Source: a virus (Duplodnaviria; Heunggongvirae; Uroviricota; Caudoviricetes). From it: a stretch of DNA of 11,792 bases. This document shows, in pieces, positions 11,775 through 11,792 of this stretch. The DNA is taken from IMG/VR virus record IMGVR_UViG_2713896777_000002; one strand, 5' to 3'. Position 1 is the first letter of the stretch; the number at the start of each line of letters is the position of its first letter. The notes below the pieces were generated by a model that worked only from the letters and a program-made list of their open reading frames with translations, did not search any database and had not been told where the DNA came from. Made by a program: the position numbers and the translations under genes.

Positions 11775-11792
11775 CGTAACCTGTCGGATCGC

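Overview
This window is the left arm of a lambda-like (lambdoid) phage or prophage, read in reverse orientation, running from the cos packaging site at the right edge to the N-terminal part of the tail tape measure gene at the left edge. All real genes are on the minus strand, in canonical lambda order (right to left): cosN/cosB, Nu1, A, W, B, C with nested Nu3, D, E, FI, FII, Z, U, V, G, G-T frameshift product, H (partial). I recognised the proteins from the ORF-track translations, which match my recollection of lambda Nu1, gpA, gpW, gpB, gpC, gpD, gpE, gpFI, gpFII, gpZ, gpU, gpV, gpG, gpT and gpH almost residue for residue. I do not find a previously undescribed system here. The gene set is complete and tightly packed, with no inserted cargo genes. 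The things worth a second look are technical or fine-scale: a 66-N assembly gap that removes the FII/Z junction and creates an artefactual fused ORF, four isolated ambiguous bases nearby, the conserved G-T slippery heptamer, the in-frame C/Nu3 nesting, a terminator-like hairpin between D and E, and a few apparent amino-acid differences from reference lambda. All identity statements are from memory and need an alignment to confirm.
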